Part shown: positions 51,852 through 64,000 of the stretch, piece after piece | Numbering within the stretch: position 1 is the first letter of the stretch | Layout of the letters: every line of letters starts with the position of its first letter | Assembly (NCBI GenBank): GCA_048013815.1 | Contig: CM106585.1 | Location: 22,382,001-22,446,000 of the forward strand | DNA length: 64,000 bases | Source: Setoptus koraiensis | Taxonomy: Eukaryota > Animalia > Arthropoda | Direction: 5' to 3' | Position numbers and translations under genes: made by a program | The notes under the pieces: generated by a model | Databases searched by the model: none | Seen by the model: the letters and a program-made list of their open reading frames with translations, nothing else | Told to the model about the DNA's origin: nothing

Positions 51852-53921
51852 ATGCCCCGAGCATTTCTAGTCAAGCGCCACAGCAGCAAGTCGGCCCATC
51901 ATTCGTCGTCGTCGTCGTCGGCAAGCTCGTCCCAAGCGCCCAACGCAACACCCAATCTAGCCCAGCACAGATATCAACAGCATGGTGCGGCCGGCAACAA
52001 ATGCGCCCAACCGCTGCCCGCCATCATTGGGCAGCCAAAATATGCGGGCACCTCGTCGTTGCTGATAACGACACCGCCGAGCCGACAGCAGCACCAAGGC
52101 AACAACAACAATGCCAACAACAATTCTAACAGCATCAATAGCGCCGCCATTGCAAATGATCAACAATACAACAGAATAGGACATCAATCATCGGCGAAAA
52201 ATCTTGCCCTCATTTGCTCGGCGCCATTCATTAGACCGTCAGCGAAAAATCTAGCCACCGTTGCTAATATAGCGGCTAATCAGAGGTCAGTCAACGCGGC
52301 TATAGCGGCTGCACAATCAACAAACAACGACAAAAGTCATGTTAATGGATCGCAAAAGTCCAACTCAAACATATCCTTCAGTCAGGCCTCGCCGGCTTCC
52401 AATAATAAAACTCATTCTAGTCCTTATCAATCTGGTCAACAAAATACAAAACAATCCAGCAATGTTTCCAAATTACAATCAAATCGCCAAGATCATCATT
52501 CTAACGGCAATAAGTCAGCAACTTCTAAAATAAACAATAATAATAAATCAGCTAACCTTAACAAACAACAGGGCAGGAGCGCGTCTATTAACAATAATAA
52601 AACAGTCAAAGCTACAACCACTAAACAGTCGTTGACTAATAAGCCCAATTTACCGGCCGTCCGTCGCAATGCACAAGCGGATATCTTTGGACAGACAACT
52701 ACAAGCAACAAGCGGCCAAGGATTCAGTTGGTCACTAAACGAACCTCAAGTTCGCCATCAAAGAAGTCACCCAAGGGTCCAGCGACCAAGAAGGCCAAAA
52801 CAAGTACCACACCAGACATACCCAATGCGGCTAAAGCAGCAGCTAATGCTAATTTCACTTTTGAAACATTTTTCAACAGCGATGGAAGAAGCAAGAGAGC
52901 AAAACTCAATCAACAACAATCGAAGACTGGTAAATCTTCAGGTGAGCCGAGTGAAACAAAATCTGCTACTGCGAAATCAAGCGAAGTATCCGGATCACCA
53001 GCAACTAAGGGACCAGTTGTAACAGCTCAAATAGTTCCAGCTCCAGTGATAGCTTCGGTATTGGGAGAGTCTAATAAAACTCGTTACACCTGTACAGAAT
53101 GTGGTAAAAATTATGCCACCTCTTCAAATCTGTCTCGTCACAAGCAAACTCATCGTAGTTTAGATTCACAATTAGCCAAAAGATGTCCCCATTGTGGCAA
53201 AGTTTATGTTTCTATGCCAGCATTAGCCATGCATATACTAACACACAACCTTAATCATCAATGTCATGAATGTGGCAAAGCATTCTCTCGACCATGGCTA
53301 TTGAACGGTCATATGAGAAGTCATACAGGCGAGAAACCGTTTGGTTGTGAGCATTGTGGCAAACAATTTGCTGATAGATCCAATCTCCGAGCTCACATGC
53401 AAACTCACAGTTCACTGAAGGTGTGGAAATGTCGCCGATGCAACAAGCAATTCGCTCTGAAATCATACTTGAACAAACATTACGAATCATCTTGCTACAA
53501 AGATGGTGGAGCCCCAGACCTCGATGATGATTCAGACTATCTTGGGCAATATCAGCAACAAGTACCCCATGGAATACTTATAGTCGATGGACGAAGTAGT
53601 AGTGGTAGAGCACGCTTGAGTAGCATACAAAGCTCCACTTCCGGTACCCCAGGAGGTCGTACCATCAGATTTAAAAGTATCGACGACTCTCACGACGAGG
53701 ATGACTCATCGGACGAGTCTGATCCTGAGTTGAAACGCATCAAGCGACGGGTCAGTTCGAAGAGCAAAAAACAAATTCAGCCACCACCATTGAGAGCTGG
53801 GATGTTGCGCAACAGGGAAAAGTTGCGTCCACCGAAGTACCACCAAATGGACGGCGGTGACTACGATGATGGAGAGGACCAGGAACATGATCACCATAGA
53901 AAGAATACTTCGGAAATATAA
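51852..53921 (+). CDS. scrt: Scratch (Snail superfamily) zinc-finger repressor, intronless
   Basis: N-terminal SNAG MPRAFLVK; Scratch-domain-like FTFETFFNSDGRSKR; five fingers incl. CTECGKNYATSSNLSRHKQTHRSLDSQLAK, VYVSMPALAMHILTH, AFSRPWLL, FADRSNLRAHMQTH, FALKSYLNKHYESSC. Confidence 0.95.
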   Translation: MPRAFLVKRHSSKSAHHSSSSSSASSSQAPNATPNLAQHRYQQHGAAGNKCAQPLPAIIGQPKYAGTSSLLITTPPSRQQHQGNNNNANNNSNSINSAAIANDQQYNRIGHQSSAKNLALICSAPFIRPSAKNLATVANIAANQRSVNAAIAAAQSTNNDKSHVNGSQKSNSNISFSQASPASNNKTHSSPYQSGQQNTKQSSNVSKLQSNRQDHHSNGNKSATSKINNNNKSANLNKQQGRSASINNNKTVKATTTKQSLTNKPNLPAVRRNAQADIFGQTTTSNKRPRIQLVTKRTSSSPSKKSPKGPATKKAKTSTTPDIPNAAKAAANANFTFETFFNSDGRSKRAKLNQQQSKTGKSSGEPSETKSATAKSSEVSGSPATKGPVVTAQIVPAPVIASVLGESNKTRYTCTECGKNYATSSNLSRHKQTHRSLDSQLAKRCPHCGKVYVSMPALAMHILTHNLNHQCHECGKAFSRPWLLNGHMRSHTGEKPFGCEHCGKQFADRSNLRAHMQTHSSLKVWKCRRCNKQFALKSYLNKHYESSCYKDGGAPDLDDDSDYLGQYQQQVPHGILIVDGRSSSGRARLSSIQSSTSGTPGGRTIRFKSIDDSHDEDDSSDESDPELKRIKRRVSSKSKKQIQPPPLRAGMLRNREKLRPPKYHQMDGGDYDDGEDQEHDHHRKNTSEI

Positions 53922-54859
53922 AGATGAATCTTTTCATTTTAATTGCTACTTAATTATTATTACTTAATCTCTAGTCTTACCTTATAGTATATATGACATG
54001 CCCAATTCAGGAAAAGGTTTTCAATGATCTCCAGATTAATATCTAGTCAGCAAGTCGATGTTCAATTCACCTTATAATCTAAGAAAGGCTACAATTGACA
54101 AATTAATACTTAATGATTGGATAACGAGTCACATTCCCTTAAAAAGGATGTAGAATCAAGACCAAAATACTTATAAAACTTATAGATAGAATTAATGATT
54201 ATTAAACTTAATATATAATAATGATAGTCGATAGGACAAATATTCGATGCATTTCCTTTCCCGATTGAGCTGTCGATTAACTTTTTAGTCATGTTGTACT
54301 CAAGTGATCAGTTAATATTTAGCGAGGTGAAAATCTAGCAGCTACATCAGTTGCTATCAAAGCCATAGCTGAACAAGCCGGTTACTTCATGACCGTTGAG
54401 GCGCCCCGACAAATTACCAGACGATCGTCGAAGAAAAATAAGATACCTGTAGTTGTAGCTGTACCTGTTGGAACAAAAGAATGGTGTATAGAAAACTGTT
54501 TCGACAACTGGAACTAAAGACTTGAGACAAGATAAGTATCACTGCCAACTCTTCGTGAAAAGTAGACAATCATTAATACTACTAATTAATCTTAAAACTA
54601 TTTGTGAAAGTCACATGCCAGGATGCGATGGTGTGCAATGATAACTGTAATAGATGAGATCGGATGGATCAATCACAAGGACATTTACAAGTTGATGTTA
54701 GTATTTTTCTATTGAGTAATAGATTCGTTCACAGAGTTGATGCGGGTGATCATAATCAATTTTTTGTTCAGAATCAGAATTTCATCCGTCTAAGCGAGTA
54801 CATAATTCAAATAATTAGAAAATACTAAATGTTTATCCGTCAAACTAAATACACAAAAA

Positions 54860-56485
54860 TTAAATCAAATCAAATTGATACTGCTGATTGTTAGCATCAG
54901 AGCTAGCGAATTCGTACACGTTATCCGACGCTTTTGGACGAAGGCTCTCATCCTCGTTAGCGGGGTCGTCTGTAAAATAGTTGTCAATGATGCTATAAGC
55001 CAGCTTATAAATATCCTCATTCATGTGGTTTTGCAAATTTTCAATCTTGTCCAATCCTCCACATTTTTCAATCTGCTCGGCAATCTTATCGTATTTGGTA
55101 TCAGAAGATTTTAGAATATTATTGAGAGTATCTAAAGCTATGTGCAATGTATTTGTTTCCGTGATGCTGAGTAAATTGCATATGGGCTCTATTACATCCA
55201 GCTCAACTAAATATGCAATTTGTTCAGGTGAGCCGCTTATGGTCAGGTTATAAACTGTCCAGGCGGCCTCACGTTGCGTACTATAATCGCTTTTGTCCAA
55301 ATGTTCTATAACAATCGGAATGATATTTTCATCGATCACAGCTTGTATTTGATCGACATCGCCAGCTGTAATATTTGATAGAAACCACAATACTTCTTTG
55401 CTAATTTTATCCTTATTTGGCTGATTCATGTCCTTTCCAGCTAAAAGAAGACTCCTCACACGTGGTAATGCTCCAAGATCAATCACAACTTGAGTCTGTT
55501 CATCAGTGCCAGTCACAATGCTTCCAACGGCCCTAATGGCAGCCATCTGAAGCTTGAGTTCTTTGTGTGTCAGTAAGGGAGTCACTTTTGCAATAATACC
55601 AGAATCAATAATCATTTGAACTAGTTCAGGTCCCGATTCAGTGACATATGACAGAGCCCATGTGGTATCCATCAAAATACTTTGGTCATCACTATCAATG
55701 AGGTAACTCAAAGCTGGCAATAGCTGTTTGACAACTTCGATAGGCGGCGGCGGATCTTTGTTGCGGCACAAATTAACTATGACCCAAGTGACGTTGCGCA
55801 AGAAACTTATGTCCATCTGGGGGCTTATCAAACGTAGTAGTGAGGGCACAACACCGTGCTTTATAACTTCGTCACGAAGAACTGCTCCATCACCAACAAT
55901 GTTACCTAAAGCCCAAACAGCTTGCTCGCACACTTTGACATCTGGGGAACTCAACAATCTTATAAAAAGGGGCACTGCCCCCGAGTCATAAACAGATCTT
56001 GTTTGTTTCGATGATCCCGAGGCGATATTTGTGAGCACCCATGCTACTTCGAATTGTAATGTTGGACAGTCATCACGATTTAATAACTCTGTGAACCTAG
56101 GCACGAGGCCACTAGCTATAACTTCATCAATAGGGGGTGAGGGTTCTTGCGACAATATCTTGCGAACCTTTTGGGTATTATAAATGAGTGCATTCAGATC
56201 GTCGTTTTGTGTCAGAGCTCTGTAAGTCTCAGTAGTTATAACCTCTCCATTTTCATATTGAGCAATATTAGAATCAGGTGGACATGAATTCTCTGGTACC
56301 GGATTTTGGCTCTCATCGTCAATCATGCTGACAGTATTGGTGCCCTGTGGCACCGCTCTCCGCTTACTGAATACTTGATTATCACGTTTTTGCTTGCGCA
56401 GTTGAACTCCTTCCTCCTCTCTTCGGCGACGTAATTCCCTAGGATTCAATCCTGTATTCTTATACTTGGCTCGATGATCATCCAT
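54860..56485 (-). CDS. Kap-alpha3: Importin alpha, alpha3 (KPNA3/4) clade, intronless CDS
   Basis: IBB domain (ELRRRREEEGVQLRKQKR), ARM repeats (LQFEVAWVLTNIASG, EQAVWALGNIVGDG), clade-typical VNLCRNKDPPPP, KLAYSIIDNYF. AG acceptor 9 nt before the ATG suggests a 5'UTR intron. Confidence 0.94.
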   Translation of the reverse strand: MDDHRAKYKNTGLNPRELRRRREEEGVQLRKQKRDNQVFSKRRAVPQGTNTVSMIDDESQNPVPENSCPPDSNIAQYENGEVITTETYRALTQNDDLNALIYNTQKVRKILSQEPSPPIDEVIASGLVPRFTELLNRDDCPTLQFEVAWVLTNIASGSSKQTRSVYDSGAVPLFIRLLSSPDVKVCEQAVWALGNIVGDGAVLRDEVIKHGVVPSLLRLISPQMDISFLRNVTWVIVNLCRNKDPPPPIEVVKQLLPALSYLIDSDDQSILMDTTWALSYVTESGPELVQMIIDSGIIAKVTPLLTHKELKLQMAAIRAVGSIVTGTDEQTQVVIDLGALPRVRSLLLAGKDMNQPNKDKISKEVLWFLSNITAGDVDQIQAVIDENIIPIVIEHLDKSDYSTQREAAWTVYNLTISGSPEQIAYLVELDVIEPICNLLSITETNTLHIALDTLNNILKSSDTKYDKIAEQIEKCGGLDKIENLQNHMNEDIYKLAYSIIDNYFTDDPANEDESLRPKASDNVYEFASSDANNQQYQFDLI

Positions 56486-58382
56486 CTCGGTGCACTGTTA
56501 GATTGGCTATATAACAAAAAATGTCAAATTAATTATAATTTGATTGATTGAATAGTAGTAATTATATTAATAATAAGTAGAGGTACTTTAATTTGATATG
56601 ATTTAGCTCCTTAAACAATTCGCCAATCGTGTGATGATTGTAAGTCCTATCTTTTGTAATCGTGTATAGTTAATTGCAGTACATATGCTTAGATGATGAA
56701 CTCTAGTTTAATAGATAGCCAGTAAGTATGCTCAGGCATTGTTGTTCAATACAAATGCATCAAATTTATTAACCGCGCAATATTTGAACTGCTGTTAATT
56801 TTAAATCAACGCAATTCTTTTGCGGCGACTCATTTGTTTTAGCGTGTCCAGGTGACGGCATAACTGATTGCTGTTGCAACCAGAGAAGCCGGCACCCATT
56901 ATCAATTTGTTATAGCTGCAGTCGAATCATTTGTACTAAATGACTACAATTACATCTCCAACACTTCCGAATAAAATTCTTGCGAACTGCTTACTGAAAC
57001 AGATATCGCTTTATAGTACATTACATGTATTACAGTTGCAATATTGTCATAAAGTAATTTTGGATTTGATGATGATATGCTCGCGTGGGGCCTGCGCGAT
57101 TAACAATTGATCCGCTGGTAAATATGTCAGCCAAGTTCTTTGAATGTCTAAACTTGTTAGTGAAGATTAAGGGCGATATCCTGTGATTGTTTGCCATCCA
57201 TCTGTTCTGAATCTAGCGTGACCCTCGCACCCAGAAACAAATACGGATGATATACCATGCAGAGTTGGATTTCAATGACGATATCGAAAGGAATTACAAC
57301 AAATGAATAGTAACAAACAGAACGAACACGGCCCGGGGATAGTTTGATCAGATTCTCCGCAATAGAAAATCAAATTCCAGATGAGTTCCGCTAAAAAGAT
57401 AGTCAATGCAGAGAGATTATCATAAGTTATTATTAGTGTATCCAATGGTATATGTGATGCATTTTGAAAATTTATGACACATCCATATAGCACATTCTCT
57501 TTTATAATGTGTACCGATGATATTTTAGTTTCGATCAGTTAGTTTCGAATGATGAACTCATCAGCTCATCAAGATAATCTAGGTGGCGAGGAATGTAGAC
57601 GGACGCATTTTTTTCACATTGATTTTCCATATAGAATTCAGCAGCTTACTTATTTTCAACTAGGTCATAGAAAATAAACTATGTAACTAAACGAATAGAT
57701 ACAATCTTGTTCGAATGGGTGCTGTTTTGTTCATCTGTACTATTGACGATTAATAGCAACGAGCGCCTTGTGTCTAATTTGTGTGTACTTTTCGTAAGTC
57801 GTATACAGTTTGTGATTCGAGCAACAGTAAGACAAGAGATAAGAATGAATGAATGGGAAGAGCTTTCGAAAACAGAGAAAGAGATAAAAAATAAGAAGCC
57901 ATCTAACAAGAAATCGATGCATGCACACACCATTTTCTGCATACCATTATACACTCACAATTGTTAGCTGAGCGATCTCAACAAATTCATAACCTTGAGA
58001 TCCCATGAAAACAAGCTTGCTAGAACCATTAAGTGTTCTCTGTTTGCAACCGTCAACTATACCGCCTACCTAACTGATTGAAATCTTATATTGGGCATAA
58101 CAGTTGCCGAAAGTGTTCAAAACGGCTTTCATATCTGATTATTGTTGCCAATTATTCACCACGTGCATTTGCTGTTTTAATCAAAAACAAAATAAGTATG
58201 AAGATCAAAAGAAAGAGAAGAATCTTGAACAAAACAAAACAATTTTAGAGTCTCCAACTTTCGATGAGGACTGCAACCAAGACGTTTTCACCGCTAGCGT
58301 ACTTGTTGAGGAAATTGCGAATACTTCTAGGAGGGGATACATATTAGAAGGAAATTACCTAACATCACTAGGGCAGGAAGTG

Positions 58383-60221
<1,839 letters not shown>

Positions 60222-60247
<26 letters not shown>

Positions 60248-60900
60248 TATCTAGATCAGTATGCGACGCTGACTGATGACGCAGCAGGTGCTCCAGTTAT
60301 GTATGAGATCGTGGTCGTTGCGAGACGTTATGTGGTTGGTAGAGTTGGGTTGTGAGAGCGTATGGTTGTTACTCGGGGTGAGTTAACGCGTGAGGCGACT
60401 CTAGAAGTTTTAGCGCGCTTAAACTATTGACAACTGCGTATTAGCTGGGTATTAGGAGGTTGAGTGAGCGTGGCGTCTGTATAGAGGAGGGTTGTGAAAT
60501 GGGTTTGGGGTACAGTATGCATGGCTGACGGAGCGCTGAGGGTGGTGTGTACGTGGTAGGAGGAGGGCGTAGCAGCGTAGCTTATAGCTCATTCTGATTG
60601 GTTCGGTGGGTGACTAGTTGAGGTCTTGTGGGTGGTGGTCGACTTTTAATATCTTTAGTGATGCTGCATGTTGTTACGTGGTGCGTTTTATCATTCATGT
60701 ATCTGGCGTATTTAGTGTCATAATGCGGGGTCATGTTCTGTCATGTTTGGAGTGTCAGCGAGGGAAAGAGTTTTGTGAGGAGTGTTAGTCCTGGCCGACG
60801 CTATAGGTTACTGGTGTGATGCGCTAGTGATCGGCATGTCGGGCATGCAGCATAATGTGTGACAGTTGTCATGGATATACGACTCGCTCATGTGTGTAGG
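60222..60900. other. G/T-skewed, indel-rich segment; probable unpolished long-read patch
   Basis: Abrupt compositional change; ghost of the p38 C-terminus (YLDQYATLTDDAAGAP) after an in-frame stop; no ORF of 60 aa or more in the supplied track between 60247 and 60943. Confidence 0.75.
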
Positions 60901-61010
60901 ATAGTAATCTTTTTGTATAAAAGGATGTTTATTTAGATTATGTCACATGTGTATAATGAGGTTACATTTACAGATGCATGAGCATGATTTGTAACTATTG
61001 TTGATTTCAC

Positions 61011-61752
61011 CTTCGCAGTGGGGAGCGTCTCCAGCTTGGATTATCACCTCTGAAGGGTGGTCCGCCTGCGCCTGTACCTCCAGGTCCTCTAAATGGAGGC
61101 TTTGAATTGAACACCTTAGCCACGCTGATTTCTTGACCGTCAATCTGGCCCCCGTCCATGTATTTGATGGCTCGCTCAGCGTCCTCGGGTTTTTCGTATT
61201 CAACATAAGCTGAGCCACGACTTAGATGGGGATGCCAACGATCATAGGGTAGATCTACAGATTTTATACTTCCATAGAATTTGAAGATCTCCTGTATATG
61301 ATTCTTGTTGACATTCTTAGTCAATCGACTAACGTGTACCTTGCTACTGGGCGATGGAGATCGGCGGCGGTTTCTTTGAATAGCTGATCGCGATGACGAT
61401 GAGGACGATGACGATGAGCTCGAGGAAGAAGATGAACTTGAAGATGACGAAGATGATGATGATCGTGATGATGATGAAGATGAGGATCTGGATGAGCTCG
61501 ATCTAGAGCGGCTGTAGATATCAGATGATGTGTGTAATAATGATATTTCATAAGATAAACAAAGATGAAATATTGAAATAGATTATAATCAGTTCTACGT
61601 GTAATGGCGTCTGTGAATTCAGTAACTATGGGAACCTCATCTTCTGTTAGATTTACTAATTATAATGTTTACACTTACCTACGAGAAGAGCCGCTACTTG
61701 ATCCATGAGATGCTCTTTTCTTACCACGACTGCGGCTCGAATTTCGGCCCAT
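61011..61752 (-). CDS. RNPS1: RNA-binding protein with serine-rich domain 1 (EJC/ASAP), last exon not recoverable
   Basis: Exon 61752-61679 (MGRNSSRSRG...), exon 61511-61011: poly-Ser tract then RRM KVHVSRLTKNVNKNHIQEIFKFYG...SRGSAYVEYEKPEDAERAIKYMDGGQIDGQEI; ends at donor AG|GTGAAA that runs into the noisy patch. Confidence 0.92.
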
Positions 61753-62282
61753 CGCAATTTGAAAGAAAAGTGATTCTTTTAAGAGGTCGAATTGGTATTA
61801 GGAAAATGTCTCTGGCAATGAAGGAATAAATAAATCCAAAATGCAGTAACGGTCATGAATATTTTTACTGACAATAAAATGTAAAGGCGTGTTTCGTCGA
61901 AATATAGTATAGTGTTGTTAGATTTTCAAGATTTGCGGCTAATAACGATCGCACAGAACATAGCATCTGTGCCACTTTCCCCCACAGTGAACTCACAACT
62001 ACAATACAAATTTACCAGTTTTTGCCCCTTTGTTAATCTCTGCCCATGTAGCAGCCAACCTGTCTATGATAGGCTATTATTGAACCAATCATTGTAACCA
62101 ATATTCATGATTAGGGAAGATTCTTTACAACATGTTCAGCATCACAACAAGGGAAAATTACATCATTTAAGAGAGCTGTAATTTATTTTCAGAATCTATC
62201 GTCTCAAAGTCTACATCAAAGATAGAGCCTCGCCCCAAGTAAATAGGACCAGACAAGCTAGTCTCATTAGAACCGTACAATA

Positions 62283-62546
62283 ATGAGCGATAGATACAAT
62301 ATCCACAGTCAGTCAGAGCATCTGCAATCCAAGTACATAGGTACTGGACATGCCGACACAACTAAACATGAGTGGATGGTCAACGTGCATCGAGACTCCT
62401 ATTCTTCATACCTTGGTCATCCTGATATTCTCACTTATTTGGCCATTGCTGAAAGCGAATCAAGAGGGGCAATGAGATTTCATTGTCTGAAAAGGATGTT
62501 ACAGCCGTGCGGTCCACCTCCACAAAAACCACCAGAGGATGAGTAA
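62283..62546 (+). CDS. SF3B5: Splicing factor 3B subunit 5, intronless
   Basis: MSDRYNIHSQSEHLQSKYIGTGHADTT...HRDSYSSYLGH...MLQPCGPPP. Confidence 0.96.
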   Translation: MSDRYNIHSQSEHLQSKYIGTGHADTTKHEWMVNVHRDSYSSYLGHPDILTYLAIAESESRGAMRFHCLKRMLQPCGPPPQKPPEDE

Positions 62547-62789
62547 CGTTCATTAGACTCATTTTTATACTTCAAATAAGATATATTTATTTGTACACAA
62601 TTGTCGAACGAGCCTCCTATTATTACATATCACGGATCATGTGATGTATCTTTCGTTATGTCGAACACGTGATTTTATGGACATGATGCACACGAAGAAT
62701 GAATTTGTCATTGACGCGTTTGAACCCTAACTAAGAAAAAATGTATTGCAACTATTTCGAACTTAAATAGAATATATTAAAAGATTCAA

Positions 62790-64000
62790 CTAATTGTTAA
62801 GTCGAACTCCGTTGACTTCTTTCAAAGAATCTGGTAGTGGGTATTTCCTCGGCCTTCCGACGGGTCGTCCAGTTTTCACGTATTTGTAGGGCTTTTTGAA
62901 TACCGCTTGCTTCTGCTTATTTTTAGCGGGTCTACCTGGACCTCGACCTGACTTGACCTTTTTATTTTTGGTAGCGGGGGCGGGCGTCAAGTTGCTTTTT
63001 GCCTTGCTAATATTGATATTCGCTCCTGGTTGCGGTTGTGGTTTCTTGCAAATCACCTTGGCTTCGGGTTGAGAAGCTACGGCTAGACCGCTAGTCACTG
63101 GATTATTTTGAGTATTACATGAATCACTAGAGATACCAAGATCTTTTTCAATAAGTTCCGCTAAGCCTCCCTTTTGAGCTAGCATAGATAAGAACGTCAT
63201 TATGAAGGGCTCATAGTTGTGAGTGCGCCTCGAATCGTCAATCTTGTATTTTCTTCTCTTCTCAAATTCTTCTTTGATATATTCTTCAATCTGGTTAATG
63301 TCGGACTCAATCCTACGTACTAAAGAGATAAGATCTAGAAGGGTAAATTTTGGTCCGTTTTGTTGAGCATTTGCCGTAGAATTTGATGGCATCTTATGGC
63401 TGGGTAATGGGGCTTGTCTGTGAGCGATATGAGGGTTGACGAATTTATCACCACGTAGGTCAATAAATAATTTCGATGACGCATCTTCTTGAGGGTGTCG
63501 ACTATCGATCATACCATCAACTTGATTTACTTTTACCTCATGAGGGGATCGGCAATCTGTTGATGGTTTGGCCGATGTTTCCGATTCATAGTCAGACTCG
63601 TTGTTGGCCAGACACAGAGATGTTGCATCATTTTGTTGTGAAGGTTTTTGTGATAAGTTAAAAGGTTTCGCTTCTGTAGCCGGCGGTAAGTCAAGATACC
63701 TTCTCTGAGTGAGAGCTGATGTTGATGGTGAATTATTATAACCAATACTATTGTGACTGCTAGAATGGGCCTGGCCAGGCAATCTAGGCTCTTCACTCGC
63801 TAGCTTTTCGTTTGAAGTGTCACCAGACTGAGAGTTTGGATCGCTATTTGTTATGACTATTTTTGGAGTACTATTAATTGGCAGAGTGGCCCTTACAGTA
63901 GTTTCGTTCGGATCCGTATCTCTTTTACGAGAGCCCAGTTTTACAACGAAGAATTTATTGAGCTTTTCGTCATTGCAGAATAAATTTCGGAGTCGTGTTT
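62790..64000 (-). CDS. BAP1: BAP1/calypso deubiquitinase, 3' part (linker, ULD, basic tail); 5' part beyond window
   Basis: Frame open from 63998 to the stop at 62790. ULD LKEE-like EEEFEKRRKYKIDDSRRTHNYEPFIMTFLSMLAQKG matches BAP1 ([26 protein letters not shown]) better than UCHL5. Confidence 0.85.
   Translation of the reverse strand, partial: TRLRNLFCNDEKLNKFFVVKLGSRKRDTDPNETTVRATLPINSTPKIVITNSDPNSQSGDTSNEKLASEEPRLPGQAHSSSHNSIGYNNSPSTSALTQRRYLDLPPATEAKPFNLSQKPSQQNDATSLCLANNESDYESETSAKPSTDCRSPHEVKVNQVDGMIDSRHPQEDASSKLFIDLRGDKFVNPHIAHRQAPLPSHKMPSNSTANAQQNGPKFTLLDLISLVRRIESDINQIEEYIKEEFEKRRKYKIDDSRRTHNYEPFIMTFLSMLAQKGGLAELIEKDLGISSDSCNTQNNPVTSGLAVASQPEAKVICKKPQPQPGANINISKAKSNLTPAPATKNKKVKSGRGPGRPAKNKQKQAVFKKPYKYVKTGRPVGRPRKYPLPDSLKEVNGVRLNN

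Noticed and set aside
62313-62315. SF3B5 SQSEHL versus conserved SQLEHL
   Set aside because: Single substitution in a fast-evolving lineage; could be real drift or a base error, with no further support.

Overview
Eukaryotic (arthropod) genomic DNA. No prokaryotic features, CRISPR array, rRNA, tRNA or recognisable intact transposon were seen. Tight gene packing, many intronless ORFs of normally multi-exon genes and abundant CAA/CAG, CA and ATT microsatellites suggest a compact acariform mite genome, possibly eriophyoid (inference only). Genes in order: Knickkopf/Skeletor-family DM13-DM13-DOMON GPI protein (+), a Schnurri C-terminal zinc-finger-triplet gene (+), NTF2 (-), eIF6 (+), NC2alpha/DRAP1 (-), an SLC6 NTT4/B0AT-type transporter (-), about 25 kb of GC-rich mostly non-coding DNA holding an orphan 200-codon exon and a small secreted orphan protein, DEPDC5/Iml1 (-), scratch (+), importin alpha3 (-), p38 MAPK (+), RNPS1 (-), SF3B5 (+) and the 3' part of BAP1/calypso (-). 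Most notable: DEPDC5 lacks its DEP domain; Schnurri appears reduced to its C-terminal finger triplet; perfect PAR-bZIP (TTACGTAA) sites and E-boxes cluster around the SLC6 locus; GGGCCC is strongly enriched in the non-coding block; eIF6 carries Ala at Ser174; BAP1 ends in AT-hook-like motifs; p38 has a 15-nt microexon; and a ~0.7 kb error-rich patch corrupts the 3' ends of p38 and RNPS1. Family assignments come from recalled motifs, not database searches; exon boundaries were read by eye.
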